This document shows positions 25,916 through 37,720 of a DNA stretch of 64,000 nt, one piece after another. Origin of the DNA: Eledone cirrhosa (lineage: Eukaryota). The position numbers and the translations under genes were made by a program. Below the pieces are notes generated by a model. The model did not search any database and was not told the DNA's origin. It saw only the letters and a list, made by a program, of their open reading frames with translations. The first letter of the stretch is position 1; every line of letters starts with the position of its first letter. Location of the stretch: assembly GCA_964016885.1 (NCBI GenBank), contig OZ024741.1, positions 122,078,001 to 122,142,000 on the forward strand. Direction: 5' to 3'.

Positions 25916-28900
25916 GATATGTGCTTTTACGATTCTCCAGAAAGGCCGGTAGATAGGTAAATATTGCTGATGAGTTGTAACAACAACGAAACTAGTTCAA
26001 TATTCCTTGTCTGGCTTTCTGGAGAATAGAGGAAAGGTGTTTCCTCGAAAACCAGTATGACTCTAAAAACCGGTTTGTCTGTGTGTGTTTACATACGGAA
26101 TAGCTTGGTTACTCACAGTAAAGTAACCAGTGAAAGACTTGTTACATCTACATATGTATACGTGTGTGTATTCATATGCACACTAGTATTTCAGTATGCA
26201 TATGTAGATGTACATTTTTAACTTAATTGTTTAAGCGTCAGTCATACAAAAGTGAGTTACAAACGAAATAAAATTTAATTTCGTTTCGTTATTTGTTTTT
26301 ATCGTCTCCGCTGAACCGGTGCGTACTCACACTCTATGCAAATTAGTCTGCCCACTACTAATTTTCATAGAAAAAGCATATAACGATATGTGCTTTTACG
26401 ATTCTCCAGAAAGGCCGGTAGATAGGTAAATATTGCTGATGAGTTGTAACAACAACGAAACTAGTTCAATATTCCTTGTCTGGCTTTCTGGAGAATAGAG
26501 GAAAGGTGTTTCCTCGAAAACCAGTATGACTCTAAAAACCGGTTTGTCTGTGTGTGTTTACATACGGAATAGCTTGGTTACTCACAGTAAAGTAACCAGT
26601 GAAAGACTTGTTACATCTACATATGTATACGTGTGTCTATTCATATGCACACTAGTATTTCAGTATGCATATGTAGATGTACATTTTTAACTTAATTGTT
26701 TAAGCGTCAGTCATACAAAAGTGAGTTACAAACGAAACAAAATTTAATTTCGTTTCGTTATTTGTTTTTATCGTCTCCGCTGAACCGGTGCGTACTCACA
26801 CTCTATGCAAATTAGTCTGCCCACTACTAATTTTCATAGAAAAAGCATATAACGATATGTGCTTTTACGATTCTCCAGAAAGGCCTGTAGATAGGTAAAT
26901 ATTGCTGATGAGTTGTAACAACAACGAAACTAGTTCAATATTCCTTGTCTGGCTTTCTGGAGAATAGAGGAAAGGTGTTTCCTCGAAAACCAGTATGACT
27001 CTAAAAACCGGTTTGTCTGTGTGTGTTTACATACGGAATAGCTTGGTTACTCACAGTAAAGTAACCAGTGAAAGACTTGTTACATCTACATATGTATACG
27101 TGTGTGTATTCATATGCACACTAGTATTTCAGTATGCATATGTAGATGTACATTTTTAACTTAATTGTTTAAGCGTCAGTCATACAAAAGTGAGTTACAA
27201 ACGAAACAAAATTTAAAATTTAATTTCGTTTCGTTATTTGTTTTTATCGTCTCCGCTGAACCGGTGCGTACTCACACTCTATGCAAATTAGTCTGCCCAC
27301 TACTAATTTTCATAGAAAAAGCATATAACGATATGTGCTTTTACGATTCTCCAGAAAGGCCGGTAGATAGGTAAATATTGCTGATGAGTTGTAACAACAA
27401 CGAAACTAGTTCAATATTCCTTGTCTGGCTTTCTGGAGAATAGAGGAAAGGTGTTTCCTCGAAAACCAGTATGACTCTAAAAACCGGTTTGTCTGTGTGT
27501 GTTTACATACGGAATAGCTTGGTTACTCACAGTAAAGTAACCAGTGAAAGACTTGTTACATCTACATATGTATACGTGTGTGTATTCATATGCACACTAG
27601 TATTTCAGTATGCATATGTAGATGTACATTTTTAACTTAATTGTTTAAGCGTCAGTCATACAAAAGTGAGTTACAAACGAAACAAAATTTAATTTCGTTT
27701 CGTTATTTGTTTTTATCGTCTCCGCTGAACCGGTGCGTACTCACACTCTATGCAAATTAGTCTGCCCACTACTAATTTTCATAGAAAAAGCATATAACGA
27801 TATGTGCTTTTACGATTCTCCAGAAAGGCCGGTAGATAGGTAAATATTGCTGATGAGTTGTAACAACAACGAAACTAGTTCAATATTCCTTGTCTGGCTT
27901 TCTGGAGAATAGAGGAAAGGTGTTTCCTCGAAAACCAGTATGACTCTAAAAACCGGTTTGTCTGTGTGTGTTTACATACGGAATAGCTTGGTTACTCACA
28001 GTAAAGTAACCAGTGAAAGACTTGTTACATCTACATATGTATACGTGTGTGTATTCATATGCACACTAGTATTTCAGTATGCATATGTAGATGTACATTT
28101 TTAACTTAATTGTTTAAGCGTCAGTCATACAAAAGTGAGTTACAAACGAAACAAAATTTAATTTCGTTTCGTTATTTGTTTTTATCGTCTCCGCTGAACC
28201 GGTGCGTACTCACACTCTATGCAAATTAGTCTGCCCACTACTAATTTTCATAGAAAAAGCATATAACGATATGTGCTTTTACGATTCTCCAGAAAGGCCG
28301 GTAGATAGGTAAATATTGCTGATGAGTTGTAACAACAACGAAACTAGTTCAATATTCCTTGTCTGGCTTTCTGGAGAATAGAGGAAAGGTGTTTCCTCGA
28401 AAACCAGTATGACTCTAAAAACCGGTTTGTCTGTGTGTGTTTACATACGGAATAGCTTGGTTACTCACAGTAAAGTAACCAGTGAAAGACTTGTTACATC
28501 TACATATGTATACGTGTGTCTATTCATATGCACACTAGTATTTCAGTATGCATATGTAGATGTACATTTTTAACTTAATTGTTTAAGCGTCAGTCATACA
28601 AAAGTGAGTTACAAACGAAACAAAATTTAATTTCGTTTCGTTATTTGTTTTTATCGTCTCCGCTGAACCGGTGCGTACTCACACTCTATGCAAATTAGTC
28701 TGCCCACTACTAATTTTCATAGAAAAAGCATATAACGATATGTGCTTTTACGATTCTCCAGAAAGGCCGGTAGATAGGTAAATATTGCTGATGAGTTGTA
28801 ACAACAACGAAACTAGTTCAATATTCCTTGTCTGGCTTTCTGGAGAATAGAGGAAAGGTGTTTCCTCGAAAACCAGTATGACTCTAAAAACCGGTTTGTC

Positions 28901-31454
28901 TGTGTGTGTTTACATACGGAATAGCTTGGTTACTCACAGTAAAGTAACCAGTGAAAGACTTGTTACATCTACATATGTATACGTGTGTGTATTCATATGC
29001 ACACTAGTATTTCAGTATGCATATGTAGATGTACATTTTTAACTTAATTGTTTAAGCGTCAGTCATACAAAAGTGAGTTACAAACGAAACAAAATTTAAA
29101 ATTTAATTTCGTTTCGTTATTTGTTTTTATCGTCTCCGCTGAACCGGTGCGTACTCACACTCTATGCAAATTAGTCTGCCCACTACTAATTTTCATAGAA
29201 AAAGCATATAACGATATGTGCTTTTACGATTCTCCAGAAAGGCCGGTAGATAGGTAAATATTGCTGATGAGTTGTAACAACAACGAAACTAGTTCAATAT
29301 TCCTTGTCTGGCTTTCTGGAGAATAGAGGAAAGGTGTTTCCTCGAAAACCAGTATGACTCTAAAAACCGGTTTGTCTGTGTGTGTTTACATACGGAATAG
29401 CTTGGTTACTCACAGTAAAGTAACCAGTGAAAGACTTGTTACATCTACATATGTATACGTGTGTGTATTCATATGCACACTAGTATTTCAGTATGCATAT
29501 GTAGATGTACATTTTTAACTTAATTGTTTAAGCGTCAGTCATACAAAAGTGAGTTACAAACGAAACAAAATTTAATTTCGTTTCGTTATTTGTTTTTATC
29601 GTCTCCGCTGAACCGGTGCGTACTCACACTCTATGCAAATTAGTCTGCCCACTACTAATTTTCATAGAAAAAGCATATAACGATATGTGCTTTTACGATT
29701 CTCCAGAAAGGCCGGTAGATAGGTAAATATTGCTGATGAGTTGTAACAACAACGAAACTAGTTCAATATTCCTTGTCTGGCTTTCTGGAGAATAGAGGAA
29801 AGGTGTTTCCTCGAAAACCAGTATGACTCTAAAAACCGGTTTGTCTGTGTGTGTTTACATACGGAATAGCTTGGTTACTCACAGTAAAGTAACCAGTGAA
29901 AGACTTGTTACATCTACATATGTATACGTGTGTGTATTCATATGCACACTAGTATTTCAGTATGCATATGTAGATGTACATTTTTAACTTAATTGTTTAA
30001 GCGTCAGTCATACAAAAGTGAGTTACAAACGAAACAAAATTTAATTTCGTTTCGTTATTTGTTTTTATCGTCTCCGCTGAACCGGTGCGTACTCACACTC
30101 TATGCAAATTAGTCTGCCCACTACTAATTTTCATAGAAAAAGCATATAACGATATGTGCTTTTACGATTCTCCAGAAAGGCCGGTAGATAGGTAAATATT
30201 GCTGATGAGTTGTAACAACAACGAAACTAGTTCAATATTCCTTGTCTGGCTTTCTGGAGAATAGAGGAAAGGTGTTTCCTCGAAAACCAGTATGACTCTA
30301 AAAACCGGTTTGTCTGTGTGTGTTTACATACGGAATAGCTTGGTTACTCACAGTAAAGTAACCAGTGAAAGACTTGTTACATCTACATATGTATACGTGT
30401 GTCTATTCATATGCACACTAGTATTTCAGTATGCATATGTAGATGTACATTTTTAACTTAATTGTTTAAGCGTCAGTCATACAAAAGTGAGTTACAAACG
30501 AAACAAAATTTAATTTCGTTTCGTTATTTGTTTTTATCGTCTCCGCTGAACCGGTGCGTACTCACACTCTATGCAAATTAGTCTGCCCACTACTAATTTT
30601 CATAGAAAAAGCATATAACGATATGTGCTTTTACGATTCTCCAGAAAGGCCGGTAGATAGGTAAATATTGCTGATGAGTTGTAACAACAACGAAACTAGT
30701 TCAATATTCCTTGTCTGGCTTTCTGGAGAATAGAGGAAAGGTGTTTCCTCGAAAACCAGTATGACTCTAAAAACCGGTTTGTCTGTGTGTGTTTACATAC
30801 GGAATAGCTTGGTTAATCACAGTAAAGTAACCAGTGAAAGACTTGTTACATCTACATATGTATACGTGTGTGTATTCATATGCACACTAGTATTTCAGTA
30901 TGCATATGTAGATGTACATTTTTAACTTAATTGTTTAAGCGTCAGTCATACAAAAGTGAGTTACAAACGAAACAAAATTTAATTTCGTTTCGTTATTTGT
31001 TTTTATCGTCTCCGCTGAACCGGTGCGTACTCACACTCTATGCAAATTAGTCTGCCCACTACTAATTTTCATAGAAAAAGCATATAACGATATGTGCTTT
31101 TACGATTCTCCAGAAAGGCCGGTAGATAGGTAAATATTGCTGATGAGTTGTAACAACAACGAAACTAGTTCAATATTCCTTGTCTGGCTTTCTGGAGAAT
31201 AGAGGAAAGGTGTTTCCTCGAAAACCAGTATAACTCTAAAAACCGGTTTGTCTGTGTGTGTTTACATACGGAATAGCTTGGTTACTCACAGTAAAGTAAC
31301 CAGTGAAAGACTTGTTACATCTACATATGTATACGTGTGTGTATTCATATGCACACTAGTATTTCAGTATGCATATGTAGATGTACATTTTTAACTTAAT
31401 TATATATATATATATATATATATAATGTGTGTGTATATATATATATCTGTGTGA

Positions 31455-31548
<94 letters not shown>

Positions 31549-32566
31549 CCGCGTGCATTTGCGCGTGTATGTGTGTGCGATTCTCTGTGTCAGTGTGTGT
31601 AGTGTATTGTTTATGTAGTCCAGTGAATTTTATACAAAATTTGGTAAAGGATTTTTATTAGTTGACGAGATTATTTCCTGAACAATATTTTACGTAAGAT
31701 GAGTAAGTAGTTTGTTCTGTGCAAAACTGGTATTTCAAATTTAAAACACAATATTTGTCTTTGCATGCTTGTGTACACATTCATGGTTTGAGGTAATGTC
31801 ATATTTTATATATGTATGTGGTTATTTGTATGTAGGCAAATGCATGGTGCAAGGTAGTAAATACTAAATTGTACATGTTTGTTTCAATATTAAAGTATAA
31901 ACAAGTATCTCGCGATAGTTAGGTCATGCATACATTTCCAGTTGCTGATTCACCTCTAAAGGCGTTGCCTCTTTTGTCCCTAGCTAGCAAAACAGGAGTA
32001 AATATGTTAGACAATTCCAACAATGGTAGCACATTATATACATATATATATGTGGTTGGGTTTTGCCTACGGCAATGTTCAATTTGTCAAGCTATTTAAA
32101 CGTATGTTATTGAGGACCTACCCTAATTGAGTGCTTTGCTAACTCATTCCTATTGTAGGTCGACTTTGCTTGCCAACAGCCAAAGCTTCGATATTATTAA
32201 GCTTCCACTTGTATTATTTTCTCCTAGATTTAATAATTAACTAATTAATTTAATTAGACAATTCTGTTGATTGGTTAATTATTTGTGTTTGTTTAATAAC
32301 ATCTTGTTGAGAGCTTATATTCGGAATGTTAGCGTTTAACTAGCCAAGCTGCTTCCACTGATAAACACAATACCCATAACCACACTTGCAAATCTATACA
32401 GTGTCTCCCACCACGGTTTAACAGACACAACATTTATTTTATTTTATTTTATCAATTTTAACATATTTTGATAACTTTCTTAAATTTTATTCTTACTATT
32501 TATTTTTATCGGACTCTGTATTTCACCCTTTGTTACTGAGTACTTGGCGGGACAATCCATCTTCAT

Positions 32567-32605
<39 letters not shown>

Positions 32606-32607
32606 AT

Positions 32608-32789
32608 AATTGTTTCTTCTTTTGGCACAAGGCCAGCAATTATCCCAGTGTATTACTATTACTTTATTTTATCGACCGCGTAAGGATGAAAGGCAAAGTT
32701 AACCTCGGCGGGATTTGAACCCAGACCATAAAGGGCCGTAACTCTTTGCTGCAAAGCATGGCATCAGACCCTCTACCGATACTGCCAAT
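32608..32789 (-). mobile_element. tRNA-derived SINE
   Basis: A-box tggcagtatcgg and B-box gggttcaaatccc on the minus strand. Confidence 0.85.
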
Positions 32790-33152
32790 ACAAGGACGAA
32801 TGGTTACTCCTTCATTACGTTTATTGGTTGGTGACACGCGTTTCGCTACTGATTAGCTCAAGTTTCGATCTGTATCGATCTATCCCGACTCTGGAATCAA
32901 TAGCTCGTCGGACCTCTGTGGTAGTAATGACATTACTACCGCAGAGGTCGGGATAGATCGATATAGATAAAACCTTGAGCTGATCAGCAGCGAAACGCGC
33001 GTCACCAACCAATAAACGTAATGCAGAAGTAACTATTCGTCCTTGTTTTATTATACTACACTCTGTTTAGCTCCACACCTCGATACTGACGCGAACCTAA
33101 ACATCGAGTGCTCACCCGGGTGAACCTACAGTAACTCCGTGTTACTCTCCTT

Positions 33153-33158
<6 letters not shown>
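32790..33158. mobile_element. Penelope-type terminal fragment with inverted duplication (3' half of an HHR)
   Basis: Arms about 32790-32890 and 32946-33045. Contains GAAA-CGCGCG-TC-accaac and ends in (TA)n. Same family as 52754-53005. Confidence 0.7.
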
Positions 33159-33212
<54 letters not shown>

Positions 33213-33616
33213 TAATACACACACAAGTTTTATAAAATACCACCAACTCACCTGGTACATGTGCATGCATGCATGCACACAAGTAAAGTTTGAACATGAA
33301 ATACCAGTTTTGTGCAAACATCATAAAATAATGTTGATGGAGCAACCATTTTGACCAATAAGTAGCACACACACACACTTACATACATACATGCATGTCC
33401 TTCCCCCACATATATATATATATACATGTATGGAGAAAATAGGCAGTTTTCTCTTTGTAAAATTTATGTGCCATTTTATGAAGATTATCATGTCCACCCA
33501 ATCGCTCAAATTTTAGTTACGTTATGCATCCATTATATAGAAGGGTGGCTATAATGAGTCAGAAATTTCTTTTAAATCTTCTATTTATTTAATTTTATTT
33601 ATTTATTTTAATCTAG

Positions 33617-33670
33617 GATTCGAACATCCCTGAGATTAGAGAGGCAACACGTGCATTTGATAGCCTTGAT
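33617..33670 (+). CDS. Internal coding exon of host gene
   Basis: T-rich acceptor tctag| and consensus donor |gtaagt. 54 nt, phase 0-0: DSNIPEIREATRAFDSLD. Confidence 0.65.
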
Positions 33671-34969
33671 GTAAGTACGAATTTTGAAATAAAATTTTAT
33701 AATCTATAAATCTTGATTTAAAAAAAAAATGAATTGACTTGCTTTGTACTATCTAAGGAGACATTGAATAGTAAACAAAATAGATTTCTTTACCTATTCC
33801 ACGGTATTTCCTTCGGGTGGAGAATGGTTTATTTAGTGGAATTGTTATTGGAATGCCTTCATGATTAGATATCATATATATCATCCCCAATACTTGACGA
33901 GTACTTATTGTATCAACCATGAATGAGGAAATATAAATTCAACACAGGAGTGATTTGAACTTAATATTTTATTTCATTACTTAGTCATGAAGAAGGGAAT
34001 CGGCCATGATGCTGTTCCTGTGGCGTCCATGACTGGTAGAAAAGTAGTCGCAAATTACCTTCAGCTTGGTATCCCGGTTCAAATGTTCGCAACAAAGTGC
34101 AATCTGCTAACGGCATCCAAATGTCTACTTGGTGGCTTTAAAGTGGGTGAGAGGTTTACTTTACGACCAAAGTAGGTCACACTGGGATGTGTATTCAGAA
34201 TGCGAAGAGCCATAATAAATACCACAAGACATCCTATCTGAGGCTGTAATACCTCCAGCCTGTCCTCCGTCATAAACTGGCAAATCACTGTAACAAAATA
34301 CTACAATATTTTATTTTCTGATGCTCTATCGATTTCATTGATTCATTACTACATATTTAATATATAGTGGACAAAAGAGATCTGTGTTAGACTGACAAAT
34401 AGGCATGAATTCAGAATCGCTAGATGTATAGGAATATTTTGTAGTAGGATCATGCCTAAAATAGATCAGACAGCTGACTAGATTTAGATAATAGTTAGTG
34501 TTATAAATGGTAGTTATTTAGTGACCCATGTAACTGGTGTCAGCTCAGTAGCTCAAACCTTTTATTATCAGTTCCTTTAACAAATATAACAAAACAACAC
34601 TGCCTATGATTTTCAAAACATTTTGAAAATATTCAAGAATTTGGAGAGATTTAGTAATATAACTAACTTTCTCATTATTAATAAAGTATTGTTTGGAACA
34701 TAAATGATCACAGGTTTATAATGAAAACTGAAATTACATTTTTTTTTCATCGTAAAAAGCAATTTCAGGCGATTTGGTAGCAAAACGTTTCTGAAGCTGA
34801 CTGTTTTAAACTGCTCATATTCAATTCAAAACCCCCTAGCATAAAGGGATATATATATATAGTAGTATTAATAATTACAAAGACCAAATTCCAGAGAGGA
34901 ATCGATAAGGGTTGTATATATATACATATATAAGTACATATAAACCCGGAGAGCTAATATTTAGTATTT

Positions 34970-35091
<122 letters not shown>

Positions 35092-35225
35092 GCGAAAATA
35101 CTAAATATTAGCTCTCCTCTCCGGGTTTACATGTACTTATATGTACTTATATATGTACATATGTCCCAAGGCTCTGATACCATCAACACTATAAACACAG
35201 AGCTGGCATATCTAAGAACTGACTA

Positions 35226-35281
35226 ACTGCCTGATGAGGTCATAGCCATTCAATGGCTATCATCGAAATATATATAGCAGT
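35226..35281 (+). ncRNA. Type I hammerhead motif
   Basis: actgc-CTGATGA-ggtcatagccat-tca-atggctatcatc-GAAA-TATATA-TA-gcagt. Confidence 0.85.
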
Positions 35282-35322
35282 AAATAAAGGATTATGAGTT
35301 CATGCAATTGTCTTATGTTTCG

Positions 35323-35370
<48 letters not shown>

Positions 35371-35372
35371 TA

Positions 35373-35555
35373 TAACGGAGGAAATGTGGCAAGGAACCAG
35401 GTGGACCATAACGCACCAAAGTACTCAATACTTAGGATAGTAGAGTGGGTAATAGGAACGAGTAGGACCCCGACGGCTGAGCTCAAGCCGTTTCGACGGC
35501 TAATTCTGGACGAAACGGCTTGAGCTCAGCCGTCGGGGTCCTACTCGTTCCTATA
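35373..35555. mobile_element. Short Penelope-type terminus with inverted duplication, nested in (TA)n
   Basis: GAAA-cggct-tgagctc-agccg-TC (HHR stem III with a GUC site) is present on both strands. Same family as 9333-9471. Confidence 0.65.
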
Positions 35556-35622
35556 TATATATATATATATATATATAGTGAAGAAACATAAGACAATTGC
35601 ATGAACTCATAATCCTTTATTT

Positions 35623-35678
35623 ACTGCTATATATATTTCGATGATAGCCATTGAATGGCTATGACTTCATCAGGCAGT
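35623..35678 (-). ncRNA. Type I hammerhead motif, inverted partner of 35226-35281
   Basis: 35577-35740 is the reverse complement of 35163-35330. Confidence 0.8.
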
Positions 35679-35736
35679 TAGTCAGTTCTTAGATATGCCA
35701 GCTCTGTGTGTATAGTATTGATGGTATCAGAGCCTT

Positions 35737-35877
<141 letters not shown>

Positions 35878-36084
35878 GAGATTGAAACTAGAGATAATGA
35901 GAGAATCAACTCCTAAATTGGACAGGTATTTGATTTATCGATCTCGAAAAGACGAAACGCAAAGTTCAATGTAGCAAGATTTCAATTCCGAGTGCAGTGA
36001 ACCGGATCAAATATTGTAAGCCCTTCTATTAAACACCCTAATGACTCTACTAATTCTCCATTTTGTCTAAAGTCAAGCCCGGAG

Positions 36085-36325
36085 GCTCATCAGCTTAGCT
36101 CGGTTTCCGTGGCGTGAAGCGACTGAGAGTACAAGACAACCCCCTGGATAGGACGCTGGTCCATCACAGGGTTAACCCCCTAGCTATTGCTGGTACTCAT
36201 TTTCAGTTGAGTATAGTGGAGCAACGGAAAATGAAGTGTTTTGCTCAAAAACACAACACAAAACTCAGTCCATGAATCGAACCCATGACATTATGACCGT
36301 AAGTCCTTACCACCAGGCCACGTAC
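36085..36325 (-). mobile_element. Second tRNA-derived SINE family (CORE-like centre)
   Basis: B-box-like ggttcgattc and gtgtttttgagcaaaacactt on the minus strand. A homologue lies at 53900-54157. Confidence 0.7.
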
Positions 36326-36696
36326 ATTGTATGTCGCAAGAAATATGGTCATGGCATGTATAATAAGTCTTCGTGCTGCACCCAATAATGCATTTTTGTT
36401 CTCATCTGACGAGGGTTTTCTTCTGTGGTTGCTAGATATAGAACAAATTTCTCATAAAACAAATCCCAGTGTTTAAAATGGTAGGACACAATTTCGTTAA
36501 TAGTTCGGATTTATTGTTTAAAAACCAGATGGGATGATGTCGACTGGGAAGATTTTTATCATATGCCTACTCAATCAGTACCGACTTGATGCTAAAGACA
36601 AACACCTGAAACTAGCTCTGGTTCTAATAGTGATAATATTAGTAGTTGTAGAAACAGCAGCAGTAGTAGCAACAACAGAAGCAGCAGCAGAAGCAT

Positions 36697-36736
<40 letters not shown>

Positions 36737-37099
36737 TTTTGTCATAGGAAGGAAACCTTAGGAATTGTAATGAGATATAGGAACATGGGGGTGTTAATAT
36801 TTCTTTTAGTTCTTAAATATTTTCCCCCGAAATCACTAATGATGTAGGTTAAGTGGTTCTAAGAAGAAATATGAACCAGGTCATAGAATAAGACTCAGCA
36901 AGAATTTACTAATGCACATGGTTTATGACCTCCAAAAAGAAAAAAAAAACACCAACTACAAGAACTATAATTAAGGATGCACAAAACAAGTGTCGTGGGA
37001 TCAGAGGCAGGCGGACAGAGAAAATGGAGTTTCTATGTGGTAAATTTACAGCAGTAGTTAATAATAAAAGCACTAGTAAAAACTAAATGATTTCGAATG

Positions 37100-37720
37100 C
37101 TTAGAAAGCACTATAGGGGTAGATGATAACTTCTGTTAAGGAGTGGAGAAGTTGGGGAGGGGGTCTAGAAGCAAGCATAGTAGCCAGAATAAAAACAAGG
37201 TGGAAAACGTTCAGTGAGCTATTATTACCTCTGATAGCAACAAAGAAACTGTTTCTCTATTCGAGCGAATGAATTGTATGATGCATAAGTATGGCTTGCG
37301 ATGTTGCATGGCATGTAGAAAAATATGGATATTGAGTGTAGAGAATGTATAAAGAGTGGAAGAAATGAATCGAACTTGACATTACACTGGGTGTGTAATG
37401 TCAATGTGCATAAACGAAGAAATACAGATGATTTGAGATAAAGAGTGGACATAGGAGCAATTATATGTAATATACAAGAGAGATGACTACGCTGGTACTG
37501 ACAGATAATGGATGGCGGCAGGAGGATAAACAAGTGTCATGAAATCCAACTGCAAAGAGGTTCTCGAAGTGTAAGACCGAGAAAAACATGGGCAGAAATG
37601 GGTGAAATCTGATCTCTTAATGCTAAACCTCACAAAAGAATTGTCAGGGGAAATCAACCAATGGTTTGATAGTGCGTTGGGGAAGACCTGTCCAATACAT
37701 AAAATCATGGAAAAACAGAC
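37100..37720 (+). mobile_element. Degenerate RTE-clade LINE 3' fragment
   Basis: Decayed RIKTRWKTFSEL, HWVCNV, QER*LRWY and RPRKTW motifs. Confidence 0.7.

Larger units (their letters stand above)
24525..31401. repeat. Tandem array of 469-bp HHR-containing units (family A): 2 minus plus ~12.6 plus units, flanked by (TA)n
   Basis: Plus-unit starts at 25460, 25929, 26398, 26867, 27343, 27812, 28281, 28750, 29226, 29695, 30164, 30633 and 31102. Minus units span 24525-25464. Confidence 0.95.

Noticed and set aside
27165-29257. Identical 69-aa ORFs at 27165 and 29048
   Set aside because: They exist only in the two units carrying a 7-bp duplication, have a non-ATG start and show no recognisable domain.
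24525-31401. Array as CRISPR, 5S rDNA or a tRNA/snRNA gene cluster
   Set aside because: There are no variable spacers and no 5S, tRNA or spliceosomal snRNA sequence is recognisable. The context is eukaryotic.
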